DNA of 64,000 nucleotides from the human T2T-CHM13v2.0 reference genome, Homo sapiens. The position numbers and the translations under genes are program-made. Positions 29,803 through 44,044 of the stretch are shown one piece after another (the first letter of the stretch is position 1; every line of letters starts with the position of its first letter). The stretch lies in NCBI RefSeq assembly GCF_009914755.1, contig NC_060937.1. The stretch is one strand, 5' to 3'. Below the pieces are notes generated by a model. It did no database searches. It saw nothing but the letters and a program-made list of their open reading frames with translations, and had not been told where the DNA came from.

Positions 29803-31301
29803 GTAGGCTCTTTTATTTGTTGATATTCATTAAATTTCAAAATATGTGGAAATTTTGATTTTTTTAAGTGGGTATGTATAAGACATTTTATATTGCAGCT
29901 TTGTTCCATCATATTAAAATTATATGGTACATCTAACCTTATAGGAAATAATTTTGAACATTATAGAAAATAACTGAAAATTCTTTCATATTACCCAGTG
30001 AAGGTGTTTTCGTTATTTCAAAAAATTCCTACCTAATTTAGATCAAATAATCAGGAGATGTGAAAAGCCTATAAAATGCCTTTCCTGCTGTTAACTCAAT
30101 ATTTGGTCCATTCCATAAAACACAGCAGGAATTGGATTTGACCTTAATGTGTCATATTGTTATAGCTTGCCTGGCTTGGGGTTTGCGTAGCCTGGGGCAA
30201 TTAATAAAGCATTAATGACAAGACCCATTTAAAATGTAGGCTTTTCCGTATAGCCTTAGCTTTTACTTGACTGTGCCTGGGGATACTATGCAACAATACA
30301 CATTAGATTAAACCAACACACACACAATATCCAGAAACAGCCAGAGAGCAGAGTAATTTTACAGTTGGTACTGCTTAACTATTGTTAAATACAAGGATTT
30401 GTTATTCATTTATATGGGCTCCTATTTTAAAAAAGAAAAACATTGTATTCAAAGCAATAATATATATTTGTTCTCTCATTTGTCTCATTTTTTTTCCTGA
30501 TAATAAGGTTACATGGCCAGGTTATTGCATAGGTAAATGTGTTTCTTATTTTAAGCTCATTTTCTTCAAGGCACATTTTTTTCCCATTACTGTCACTCAG
30601 TACAAAAATGTTACGGTATCATTCCATTTAGAGCCTTAAACCAACAAAAGTTAGTGAGTTAAAATCAAAATTGTCATTCACATATTTATGCTTCTCTATT
30701 GCAAAACATTTGTAAAAGGCAATTTCAGTGTTACTGAACTGTAATTGGATGAATACAAGTTTTGTTCAGTATTTTTCCAAAGCAGAAAATAAAGGAAATG
30801 GAGCCAAGTAGATTGTAACATATCTGTGTGTTTTACTTGTTGTTGTCAAACTTTACATAAATGAATATTTATTCATACAACATATTTACATTTGTAAAAA
30901 AAATAAGAGAATTTAATATGCATCCTTACTATATTAAGCTTTGAAGTTCTAACGGTCTTACAACTTTGCTGAGACTTAAACTCTAAAATATCCATAAGCC
31001 ATCATTTAAAATGATTTGTTACCAGTGAAGTCAAGGAGGGAGTCTGTTTCTTATATAATAACACTTTGAGAATTAATACAGAAAATGGGAGTCCATAGGC
31101 TCCCATTGAACAGTAGTATCCAGAATTCACACAATGTTCATAAAAGGCACTCAAATATTTTGTATGTGAATTAAATATTCTTATCTGTAATTGAAGGCTT
31201 CTTATCGCAGTTAAGATTATTGATATTTTAAATCAGAGCTATATCCATATTATATCAGCCTATTTCAAATGAAAATGCCTGCTCACTGTTGTTTGACATC
31301 A

Positions 31302-31302
<1 letters not shown>

Positions 31303-31346
<44 letters not shown>
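31303..31346. repeat. (CA)22 microsatellite
   Basis: Direct read. Confidence 0.97.
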
Positions 31347-31348
<2 letters not shown>

Positions 31349-31739
31349 TTGGCTTTTCAACTTAATTCAGAGATCCACCCTCACATATTTGGGGGTCAGT
31401 CATTCTAATTTTTATATACAGTTTTAGATTTCACTTCCTAGCCTGAGAATTTCACTGATGCTTTATACCACCAGTCTCTGATAACCGATGCCCTGTACCG
31501 GGCTTTTTCCTCTAAATTCTCCCAGGAATTTTCCTCTTCAAAACCCTTTCAGAAACATTTACATTTTATTACTAATTGTATTTGGGGGGCTCCTGGGTTC
31601 ACATCATCCAGGACAAAGACCAATGTGGATATCACTAACTTGGGAGTTTTTTTGTTTTTTATCCTCAAGCAGCTGTACTGAACACAAACATGCAGCTTTT
31701 TTTTTCCCCAAAGACTTAATTAGTTCATAAGAAGCTCAT

Positions 31740-32370
31740 TTCCCCAGGATGACATTACACAGATTGCTCTCATTTTCAGCTCTCTTACCACCACTCATGA
31801 ACCTTTCATATTATATGTTAATACATCTTAGATATCTTGCCATGTAGACTTCCCCTTTCTTTTTAAAGGCAGCATGCTACATATATACAATAATTTATAT
31901 ATGTGATCTCTGGTTGATGGAGAATCTTTCTCCCTGATTGTTACTATGAAGCACAAGGCTGTAGTGAACATCTTTGCACAGACATCCTGATGGACTCCTT
32001 CTATATACATAAAGGCTAATTCTTATTAATGGGACTGATGGCTCAAAGACAATATACTTTTTTTATTTTTTAAGATATTGCCAAACCATCATCCTCAAAG
32101 ATGAAAATTCACTCTCTACAGCAGTGTGCAAGGGTACCTCCTTCCCCGTGCCCCCTACACCCATCATCACTATTGTATTAAACAATGGAACTTCTGCTAG
32201 TCTGGCAAGTGAAAAATTAAGTTATGTTTGTTTTAGTTTGCATTTTTTTTTGAGTGACGTGGAACATTTTTCATGTACTTATTGACCTGTACACTGACTC
32301 CTATCTATTGCTCATTTTTCAGTTGGGTCACATGTCTTTTTCTTACTGATTTGAAAAAGATCTTTGAAGT
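31740..32370 (-). mobile_element. Old L1M fragment
   Basis: gctgtagtgaacatctttgcaca..atattgccaaac..ttttagtttgcattt matches the antisense ORF2 3' region. Confidence 0.65.
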
Positions 32371-32433
32371 TGCAGAAGGTTCCATTGCAAGTAGGGTTTC
32401 TTGGTCGTCTTAGCTTTGTTATGGTTCGTTTAA

Positions 32434-32486
32434 TGTGTGTGTGCGTGTGCGTGTGTGTGCATGTGTGTGTGTATGTGTGTGTGTGT
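32434..32486. repeat. Imperfect (TG)n microsatellite
   Basis: Direct read; pure alternating purine-pyrimidine. Confidence 0.95.
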
Positions 32487-34074
32487 CCAGTCAAATATAT
32501 TTATATTCCCCTCTATAGCATCAGAATTTGGGGTCCTCATGACCAGAGTGTTAAAGAGAAGATAAGACTTTTGGGTAATAACTAGTGCTAACTTGAGAAT
32601 CTTCTGAATTCATGATTAAACCTGATTTATCAGAGAAAAATATGTTGCTACGAGTAGTAATTGTTTTGCTACTTGTGTGTTAAAACCTAAAGTTTTTATT
32701 CTTATTTCTAAGCTGTTAAAGCACAGCATGATATATTTTTTAAGGAAGTGTGTTTCCATTTCCAGAGAAGAAAAGTATCTCTGCAATGTCTACTAACTTA
32801 GTCAGTTAATCACATAGGAGAGAACTAGGATGCAGTAGATGGTTTTATTCTGTCTGTCTCTATTAATGTCAGTCTCTTCCTGTGCTAATGAACGCAAGCT
32901 GGGAAGAAGGAGTGCTGCTGAAGTGACCTTTCAGGAGAGAGGTCTCTGGAGTTGAGTCAGACTAGTTAGTTTTTACTTTATTATTATTTTTTAAATTTCT
33001 TTCCCTCTAGCCTAGTCTTGGTAACAATGACATTCAACTCACTGAAGTTCTTACACTAATTTTCCTTAATGCCTTCAAAAGTTGTTATATTACTTTTAGA
33101 ATAGCTATGTAGATGTCAGAAAAGGTAGCTGTGACAAAATGTCATTAAGGTGACATAGTGTAAATTAATACAGTTAATGGAGGTGCTCGCCACTGACTCA
33201 TTGACCCATTATGAGCTCTTGTGGAATTAATGAATGCCAGGGCATCAGTCTTTTGAAAAAAAAAAAAGAAAGAAAAGAGATGGCAGCTTTAAAACCTTGC
33301 AATGAATTATATTAGAAAAGTGAAAACGTCTGGATCGGATTTGATTTCACTAGGAAGCCATAAAATGGTACGCTCTCTCAGCAAAATATATTAAACTGAA
33401 ATGTCAGATTTGATGCAATAGGTATACAATTATGATAGTGTTAATAGTGGTCTTCTATCATTCTAAGACATACTTTCAGGTCCAATTTCTCAGCAGCTTG
33501 AACTTGTCATAAGCTTATAAATTAGGAATCGCATTTGAGGATATGTTCTTATTTTTTGACAGAATGTATATAATACTATTAACTATACCGTGGGGTTTTA
33601 GTGTAGCTGCTAAAATAAACTAGAAATCACATTTATAGACACAAAATGTCTGCTATAATGTTCATTTTGCCATTTCTTTAATAATATTTGGTGTTTTCCT
33701 GCACTGTTTTTCATTTAGGAAATTTTAAACTACTTAGACTTTTTCCTTAAAGAGAGGCTGATTAACAGAAATTTATCAATGGGAAGAGAGTCAGCAGAAG
33801 AGCAGTTATCTTAAGCATGCAATCTAGTGTCTAATGTGCCTCTGTAGGAGTACACTTACACATTATAAAAATAAGCCCATCCTTTAAAATAATACTGAAT
33901 AGTTTTCAAACATGTTTTTGTTGGTTGATACAGTCCTTGAAACAATCCTATGAGGTAGTAGTCATTAACCCTATTTTGTAAAGGAGGTTCATGAATATTA
34001 AGTGACTCACCTAAGTTCACACGCAGGCAGGTAAAGAGGAAGCCAGTACTAGCACAGAGTCTGTCCAGTTATTT

Positions 34075-36150
34075 AAGATGCTTCATATCCAAGAGGATTT
34101 TAAGAATGGGAGCTGCAAGGCCACTTCATGCCTAGGCCCGGAAGTCACATCATGTTACTTCCACAGCGTTGTATTGCTCAAAGCAAGTCATGGGGCCCTC
34201 CCAGAATAAGGAAGAGTAGACACGGACTCCACTTCCTGATGAGATGAGTTGCAAAGTCACATTTCAAGAGGTCACTGAGGGTGGAGGGATTACTGTGCCC
34301 ACCTTCGGAGACAGTCTACCACAGTCCTCCGAATCTGGTCAAAATTCACATTCCTCTTACATGTAAAATATACTCAACTTGTTCCCCACAAGTCCCATCC
34401 CAGTATTTGTATCAGACTGAAAATCTGGTATCTTGTTGTCTACATAAGCCCCAGGTACAGATAAGGCACAGCAATTCCTAATTTGGAGACCTGGGAGCTA
34501 GAAAGACAAATTATCTGTCCCATGTACACACAACATGTGGTGGTAAGACAGAACAGTTAAACTTCGGTAGAAACTCCATTCAGAAGGGGGAGAATGTGGA
34601 AGGTACATAGCAGTCAATGTTCATAGCAGTTCTGAAACGCAGCCAGGAATAAGTTGTCGATTACCCAGACTGCAGGGACAGGGACTGTCCATGGATTAGG
34701 GCCCAGGTCTGTTATCTGGGCTTGGCTCCTTAATTCATTATTTTCCATGGCTCTTGGTTACTTCCTCTGGGACATTGGCTTTGCCCTCTGAATCGTTCTT
34801 TTGTTTCCAGAAGAAATAAACATGGTTTGCAGCTGAGTATCTTTCTCTGCATGCTTCCTGACCATAGAAAGTTAGGGCCAAAGCCTCATATTCCCAAGTT
34901 GGTAGAGCAGCTTTAAAACTGTGTAGCCTTTCTGTGTATCAAATTAGAAAAAGCTAATACTCACAAATCCTTTTGGAACAGGATTCTCTCTTTCAAGCTG
35001 TGAATTAGGATACTGTTTATAATGCCCTAAGAATCCCTTTCTCATGAATCACTCTGTGTAGCTGAGCAAGTCTGAAAAACACTACCTGAAATTTTAACTT
35101 TTATAAAAGGGTTTTACAGACACACCCTTGATTTTAGCTTTATTCTGTGGCCATATTTTACTTGTAGCACCTTCGAATTGATCTCCATCCTGAACCTATG
35201 TCTTATTTTGAGAATCTTTTGCCAACTGAAGAGAGTGTTCTAGGCCCTTCTATTGCTTGAAATACTGCTTCAAAACTGAACAGTTTCTTCCTGAGTTCAT
35301 CTCTCTCTTGCATAGCTTATCTCTTTTGCATAGCTTACACCATTAGATGAAACCATTGGTCACTTTCAGCATTCTGCCTGGAAATCTTCTAAGTCAGAAG
35401 CACATGCTTATTAGGTACTTGTTCTGTCTTTGAAATTATTGCAGAAGACGATGTTAATTTTCCACCACTACTTAAGAGGGACTGCTTCCAATAACAACTT
35501 CCTTGCTGATCTTCCAGACCCCACCAGGCTCCTCACCACCCCTCCCACTTCTGCCTGCTGCCTCATCCCAAGCCAGAATCATGTGTTAAATTCTTTTTAT
35601 TACTTTAGCACTCCACTTTGAGGATTCAGTTTCTGTTTTGGTCATTTATGACTTTGTAACAAATCACCCCAAAACCTATAGGCTTAAAACAACTATTTAT
35701 TCATCGACAATTATGCAATCAGAGTTAAGGCTCAAAAAGGACAGCTAACCTCTAAGCCACACAGTGACAGTGGGGCAGCTTGACTGGGCGGCAGAATCTA
35801 CAGTGGCTTTGCTCACATGTCTTGTGCCTCATCTGAGATGGCTGGAACAGCCAGGAACTGCCTGGGCATGTCTGTCTCTATCACATGTTTCTATAGCAAG
35901 GGAGCCACTCTATTGCATGTGGTAACTGGCTTCTAAGAGGACTAAAACAAAAGCTGCCAGGCCTCTTAAACTCTTAGGCTGCCCTAAGAAGCCTTGCAGT
36001 GTCACCTTGTCACGTTCTGTGTGTTGAAACAAGCCAGGCCATATTCAGACAAGGGGGAAATAGACTCCACCTCTTTATGGGAGGAGTAAACTGGAGATGC
36101 CAAAGGGCTTGCTCTTGGGATGGGAGGACTGTTATAGCCATCTATGAGAA
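34075..36150 (-). mobile_element. MLT1 MaLR element: partial LTR (about 34075-34323), internal region, LTR (about 35634-36150)
   Basis: Both ends share MLT1 LTR motifs (gactccac(t/c)tc, ctgc(a/c)aggcc). The right LTR begins tgtaacaaatcaccccaaaac..ggcttaaaacaac. Confidence 0.7.
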
Positions 36151-36219
36151 AACTCTGTGAGTTACCAATTTAAAAAATACTTTAAGTACTAGTTTGGTTT
36201 GTACCATTCTCTACAGTCT

Positions 36220-36745
36220 GAGTGTGCATTTAGACATAAACCAAAATCTCATGAGCAAGCAATTTATAAAATACATCTGATTAGTTTAGGTAATATATGT
36301 TAGTCCATATATATGTCAACTTTAAATAACCATATTCAGAAAATATGATTAAGTGTAAAGTTTGTTTGAGCTCAAAGCTTGAGAATGGTCACCCCGTAAC
36401 ATAGGTTCAAGTAGCCCTGAATATACACTCTGATTAGTAGCAATCATAAATAGGTTTTTAAGAAAAAAAGAAGAGGCAGGTCCTAAGTTGCTTACCAAGA
36501 ATTTACATTAAAATAAGATAAGCCATTGGCTATACATTGTTCTTTGTATCACCGATTTCAGGAACTGAAGATAATGGGTAAGGCAGCTGGTCAGAAACCA
36601 AATGCCTTTTTAAACAGTTGCTCCCCAGGCTTGGGTTGAGGAGGCAGCATGAGTGACTGATGTCCCACACGCACGTCTCTCTGGACCTGATGAATTTTTG
36701 CATGCCTCACATAACTCAGACTGCTGTGAGCTATTCTTTTCCTCA
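36220..36745 (-). mobile_element. MER34-like ERV1 solo LTR
   Basis: The reverse complement begins tgaggaaaagaatagctcacagcagtctgagttatgtgaggcatgcaaaaatt, like MER34-family LTRs. The left boundary is uncertain. Confidence 0.65.
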
Positions 36746-37250
36746 TATTTGCTAAAAATACTTGCATCATCTGAACTGTCTACATAGCTATTCATTGAAA
36801 CACAATCCACAGTGACAGAACTTTTTTACTGAATTACAGGATGCACTTTGGTACTGGGTAAACTCTAGTCTCAGAAGTAATATTTTTGATCCGTGCCCCT
36901 AAAAAAAATTGAGACCAAATAGCTTCTAGAATATATTTTATATAAAGTTATGAAATGTATTGTTTTATAAACATTATTTCATTTAATCCTCACATCTACC
37001 CTAAGAGTTCATTGCTGACATCACCACCATGTTACATATCAATAAACTTTTTGTCAAAAGGTTAAGAAACCTGCCCAAGCTAGCAAGAAGTCTGGATTGG
37101 ACTCAGACCTGTTTGATTCTGATGTATGTAAGGTAGCATTTCCCTGGTAGAAGAAGGGACAATCCCAATGCTGCTGCCTGCCCAGCTTCCCCCTTTATCT
37201 TCAACTCACTGGTAGCCATGAGGTTCCTCTTCTTTAAGAAACACACTTTG

Positions 37251-37610
<360 letters not shown>

Positions 37611-37836
37611 TTAGGATATGGTAAACATAGTAATCTTGATTCATTTTTAATTTCACAAATATTTATGGATTACATATTATATGTTAGCACCATTCTTAGC
37701 AAGATAGACAAGGTCCCTACCTTTTGGGATTTCTATTATGATGGGACATGCAAGCATACAACAATAAATAGAGAAAATAATCATTGCTATGCAGAAAATT
37801 AAAACAGAGTAACGTCATATAGAATGACTAGATGGT

Positions 37837-38163
<327 letters not shown>

Positions 38164-38179
38164 TTAAAAGGCAGAATAC

Positions 38180-38415
38180 AGAATATAGGAGCAGGAAACC
38201 TGGATTTAAAGTATCTGGGTTTGATTTTTGGCCTTACTACCAATTTGCAGTGCAGCCATTAGCAAATTACCCACCCAATCTTTACCTCAGTGTTCATGTC
38301 TATAAAGCGGGAATAATGAGAACACCTACTTCACAAACTTTTTGTGAAGATTAAGAAAATATATGTAAAGCACTTAGAACAGTGCCAAGACATAGAAAGG
38401 TACCAAAATAAATGT
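38180..38415 (+). mobile_element. MIR
   Basis: cctcagtgttcatgtctataaag..ggaataatga..aaagcacttagaacagtgcc. Confidence 0.75.
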
Positions 38416-40759
38416 TACCTGCTGGTTTAAAACAGAATGACCACAGGTAACATTTAAGTTGATTCCTGGCCTTGGAGCACAAATGTAGTAATTGCCATCT
38501 TCTTGCACATAACCAGTTAAATCTCAGAGATGAAACGCTCATATTCTTTGGTTTATATTTTTGAAACAACAAATCTTTTCAATAATGGAATTGTGAATAT
38601 AAATTATACTAATGTCTTGTGTTTACATACACTAACTTTAAATAAAACTTGCTATTTGAAACAAGATTGTAAAACAATAAAACTGAGACCAAAAAAAAAT
38701 CTCACCTCTGCTGCTTCAGCTACTTCTCCCTAGACTTCTTGTGATTTCACTTCCTCTACTATCCCCTTCACAAAACTCCAAACTATCCCCAACTCTGGAC
38801 TTCGGGTTCAGAGAGCTTTAGTCACTGATAGCTCTGGTGTTTGAAACCTCTAGGGGCTCTGCAAATAAGCTGTGCTTCAGAAGTTTCTTTCTATCTGTGT
38901 TTAAAACATGTCTGTTTAGTGATTGTTTCCATTATGAGAAATCTGGGAGAGTTTCTTTGTCCCTTCAAACATCAAGCCTCTAACAGCTTACATCTACATC
39001 TTAGTTAATGCCCTAATTTATGACCACATTTGGGTGGCCTGATAAGAATGGAGCCAAAAAAACCATCCTTACTTAGAAGGGTGTCCTGAAGGCCCTGGTA
39101 ACACGACTTCTTTCTATGACTAGCCCCAGTTAGGGCCTCCTTGAATGATCCTACTGGAGTATTCTTCCTCCTGCCCTTCTAAAGAACCATCAAGACAGAT
39201 CTTTCTAGGCCTTCCTTGTTCTTTGGTGGAGGCCAGCTGTTAGTGCCCTTCTTTCTAGAGTGCCTAAATGAAAATGAAATTAGTCTTCTGCCACTTTTGC
39301 AGTTTGAGAACAATTCTGATGGCAACTTTAAAATCAACTTTTTCTATATTTAAATTGAGCTATTTTATACTTTTGAGCCTTTTAAATGTAACTTGAATAA
39401 GCAAGATAACATTTTTTAAACAGAAAAGTTTCCCCTTAAAAGGCAGATTTCATTTCAGGGTTTATATCCTTTTCCTTTTCTTTAATAAAGTTCTTCATTC
39501 ACTCTTTCCCCATCTTGAGGCATTTTTCTGACCATCTGTGTATTCCCCAGATTTCTAGTCTTATTAAAATAACTTCATCCAATATCTTTAATAGCTTAAT
39601 ATTTAATGAGCACCTGCTGCGTGCAAAGTATAGCACTGAGAGCTACGAAGGATCCAACAAAACATAAACCTCACAAAATAGGCTCAAAACTTTGCGTTTG
39701 CCCAGATTTTATTCATACTAAAATTGCATTTTCCCAAATTTTATTCACATTAATAAATATGACATCCTATGTTTCTTGCGCCTTTGTGAATCTAATTTAA
39801 TGACTTTCAGTGAAATTGCATTGTAGTGGTAAGTAGGTTAATAATGACCACATATTTTATACAGGAAAGAATGGGAAATAATATATGAAAAACATTATAG
39901 AGTGCCAAGATGGTATAAGATAAATTAAGACTATTTTAGTTGTTTAAATAAAACTAAATATATTTTGCTATGTACATGTAGATATATACGTTCCTCTCTG
40001 CCCTCAAGGAAGCTTCTGTAGCCTCGTTATAGAGATAGGGCATGAGCACAAATAACTGACGAAAGGCAGTAAGGGAAACACCTGATTTATGTGAGTCTAG
40101 TACATATAAATCACACTCCCAACCGAGCAGCTGCACAAGCTTACGTTCCTTCCCACTTTGGACCCTTTAGGGTGTTATTGCTATTGTGTCACATGAAGAC
40201 CAGGTCATATGCAAATAGCAATAGTCTTTGCCTTCTCTGCGCCTTTTACTAATTCCTCATGTTTTCCCAAAGAGTGAGAGTAAGAGCAGAAGAAACTATA
40301 TATTTTACATTCATACATTGAAGTCATAAGATAATAATATGCATTTCTGATTGGATGCCAATACATGAGAACAGCAGTGATTCTTTACTTCTACTCTCCT
40401 GTCAGCGATCAAACCAAACTGCTCCTTCCGTGACTGATAAACACTGTCATGTTTGCCCAGCCTGGAAATCAAACTCATGATAGTCATTGCTGATAGAATA
40501 GTCACTGCTGAAGTGCCCTTTAGCCTGTCTTATCCTTCAATTAAACTGTATGATTTTTGGCAAATGAACATGTGTTTTCTACAGTATGGTTTTTCTTTCA
40601 GCCTCTTCTCCATTTCCCCGTTCATATTGGAGTCATTGAAAAATTATATTAATTTGTATTAATTCCACTAGAATTCTCTTTTCCTTTTTCGTTGTGGCCT
40701 TGAGGTCTTGTACATAGTTTATTGTTGATACACATTTGGCCCCTAGTGTGAGCCATCTA

Positions 40760-41430
40760 ATTCCCTCTCTTTAGCTCTGTTGTAGATTTCCCCTCTTTGA
40801 TAAAGTTCCACAATAGGGCCCCTTTCTCTCCACACTTAGCAGTTGCCCTTCTCTCTTTCTCCTCCCTATACATGCATATACACCACATCTTCCCATTCTC
40901 CAATCTCTCCTTTACTTTGTCACCCAGTGTCTTGCTATAAAACAAATTTGACTGTGTTAAAAACTCTTTTTTAAAATTTCTAAACCACTAAGACAAAATC
41001 CAAACAGCGTATCCTTCATTAAACTTTTCTCATCCATCTGGCCTCATATACCTCCCACCATCTCATCCCTCCCTTGTCTTGATCTACCCACAATATACCC
41101 TGTTCTCCTCTTGTGCTCAGTTTCTCACCATTCCATATAACTCCCTGAGGGTGCCCGGCCCCCTCTTCTGGTTTTCATCTTAGCCATGCTCCAACTCCAA
41201 TGGCCCATCTCCAATGAAGTCTCTCCTGACTTGCCCAGAATCCCCTGCTCTTTCCTCCCTGCTCCCTTCTTCCTCAGCTGCTATTGTGTATTATAACCAT
41301 CTGGTTCTACATCTGCCCCACAGGCCAGACTATGAATTACTTGACAGTAAGGCCATGTCTTGTTCATTTTTTGTTTCCTGAGTACACATCACAGTTTCTG
41401 GTACTAAAAACCTTTACTGTATGCATAAGT
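40760..41430 (+). mobile_element. L2 (degenerate)
   Basis: Pyrimidine-rich, ending agactatgaattacttgacagtaaggccatgtcttgttcat..acagtttctggtac. Confidence 0.55.
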
Positions 41431-42772
41431 AAATGTCAGAGAAATATGTAAAGGATTTTAGAAAGATTTCTATTTAAATAGAAGAAAACTGAGATTCTTA
41501 AAAAGCAAAGCTCCATTTATCCAGAAAAATCATTTATATGGACCTGTTGATGCACCCATAATGCTGGAGAAAATGAACATTTATATTTTTCTTATGGCTC
41601 ACAGTGATCATCATAAGAGTAATGGTCAGTTTCACACAGAGTGTTACTAAAATGAATGCCCACTTAAAACAGATATATCAGTTTTAGTGGGAGAACTCGT
41701 GAAGAGAAAGATTTTATATATGCTTTTTCTAGAAAGTTAGGGATCCAGTTTATTTGAAGACCTCAGTATGTGGTGGTTTTAATTTTTTCTATGCATCCCT
41801 AGAAAAGACTACAGTGAGATTTAAATTTCAGATGCTATGCCATCAATGTTGATCATATTACACAAATAAATGTGTAGCCTCACAACCCTATCTTGATATT
41901 TGAAAAAAGATGATCAGGATGGTACACATAAAAACTACAGCAGTTTGTTTTAATTTTCTCCCAATTACTTTTTAAAAAACAACAAAAACTTTCAGGGTAT
42001 TAAAATCAGTTCATTTCTACATCAGATTTATTCTAAAGTAACAGAAACCTCAAATTAGATGCTGTACATCACACACAAGTTCTCCTTGAATCCAGTTGTT
42101 TATGCTACAGTTACATACAAGTAACACAAGTTGTCTTTGCATCCAATTTATTGAGAACCTGTCATTTCTATGGCATGCATTAAATATTTAAAACTGTTTA
42201 TCATATTGTGTATCATCTCTTTTATTGTGTTCAGTGATTGATATAAAAATAATTTACTTTATCAAGTAAAAAAAACTATGAATCTCTTTATAAAAATCAC
42301 ATATTGTAATTGTCAGTATAGTTAAAAACAAAAGTAGAAAATATGTGATCTATTACAAATACTGGCAATTAGTTTTTAATTTGGATAGTTCATAAATTTT
42401 CAGATGAAGATTTTACACAACATAGACTTGTTTATATAGCTTTACATATTTGTTTTCTAATGCTATTGTGAACTGTTGTTAATTTGTATACTCATTTCTC
42501 TTCATTAATTTATGGGAGGATAAGATTGAAAATAGGTAACATTTTAAAGTAGCTATCATAAACATAAATTTTCAAGTGAATTTTTCACAAGAAATGCTTC
42601 ATCTCAGATCTTTAAATAAAATTAAATGAAGAATAGAATAGAATTAATTCATAAAATATTGGTTTTAAGAAATTATTTTATTCCATTTATAGTTAATAAG
42701 TTATAAGTTAATAGTTTTATTCAACTGATTTTTATAAAGTGGTTTAATATGCTTCATTTTTATTCCTGATAG

Positions 42773-42925
42773 GAACTAATTCCAGAGTTCTACTACCTAC
42801 CAGAGATGTTTGTCAACAGTAATGGATATAATCTTGGAGTCAGAGAAGATGAAGTAGTGGTAAATGATGTTGATCTTCCCCCTTGGGCAAAAAAACCTGA
42901 AGACTTTGTGCGGATCAACAGGATG
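42773..42925 (+). CDS. NBEA: Neurobeachin BEACH-domain coding exon (153 nt, phase 0 to 0): [51 protein letters not shown]
   Basis: Acceptor tttttattcctgatag|GAA and donor ATG|gtaaga. Contains the DVKELIPEFY and LPPWA BEACH motifs. The expected next exon (ALESEFVS...) was not found in the window. Confidence 0.96.
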
Positions 42926-43395
42926 GTAAGAGAGATTTTGCTTTTGCTTGGGCAGTCATCAGGGAGTTAACATATTCTGTAGTTTTGTTTTGTCCTGTTC
43001 TTTACTATAATATTACCAATTATACTTAACATCTATAAATACAAGCTTAAAATTTTAAATGAAAAAGAAAACATTTTACTGTTGTCTTGACAGCATTCCT
43101 TATTGTAGAGTGGATTTTCCGTTCATGAGGACTAATAAAGCAATGGTAATTCAGTTATGTTTGCTCCTTTAGGAGAAGACAATCAGATGAGCATCTGTTG
43201 ACTAATATAATGTATTCTAAAGTGCTTAAAATAAATGCCTATTTCTTAGTTTTATCTACTGACTAAATCTGAACGCTTTTTTCACTTATAAAAACACTCA
43301 GAACAGAAAAAAATTTATTTAGAACATATTTATATGTGCGATATTTATGCTGTGAAACATACCTTATGGTGTAAACATTCTGAAATAGAAAACAT

Positions 43396-43666
43396 CTTTT
43401 TTTGTTTTGTTTTACAGACAGTGTTTCACTCTGTTGCCCAGGCTGGAGTGAAGTGGTGCAATCATAGCACACTAAAGCCTCAAACTCCTGGGCTCAAGTA
43501 GTCCTCCCACCTCAGCCTCTTGAGTAGCTGGGGTTATAGGCAAATGCCACCATGCCAAGTTAATTTTTAAAAAAGATTTTTTTTGGTAAGATAGGATCTC
43601 ACTATGTTGCACGCACTGATCTTGAACTCCGGGGATCAAGAAATCCTCCTACCTAGGCCTCCCAGA
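43396..43666 (-). mobile_element. AluJ, slightly 5'-truncated
   Basis: atcatagcacactaaagcctcaaactcctgggctcaag is AluJ-type; TSD agaaaacatc. Confidence 0.9.
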
Positions 43667-44044
43667 AGAAAACATCATTATTTTAAGCTATATTACAGAT
43701 ATCTGGGTGTTTAAATGAGAAATGTATAAACAGAATGTTCACATATGGGAATTTGATGGGTTTTAATACATTTCACACATATTTAAGGAGATTTTAATCC
43801 CAACATGGTTATAGTAGGTGACAATAAACCACTTTACAAAACAGCCTCTCTAGTGTACTCTTGAATTACATCAATAAAACCAATGACGCCAAATATATTT
43901 TTAACCCTGTTTCATTCACTCCCAAGTTTTTCCAACTGTCTGATAAATATATTTTATTTTGTTTTTACAGCTTATTTATTTGAATCAGAATTCAAATAAG
44001 GTCCACACATTGTGAGGGAATTCACATATTCCTTAATCCTCTTT

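Noticed and set aside
38980-39260. GC-balanced stretches resembling decayed coding sequence (also about 19600-19900 and 23550-23920)
   Set aside because: There is no sustained ORF or recognisable protein. They may be ancient LINE remnants but cannot be assigned without a search.
42073-42148. Short imperfect direct repeats (also about 28142-28175 and 35304-35338)
   Set aside because: These are ordinary small slippage duplications with no further structure.
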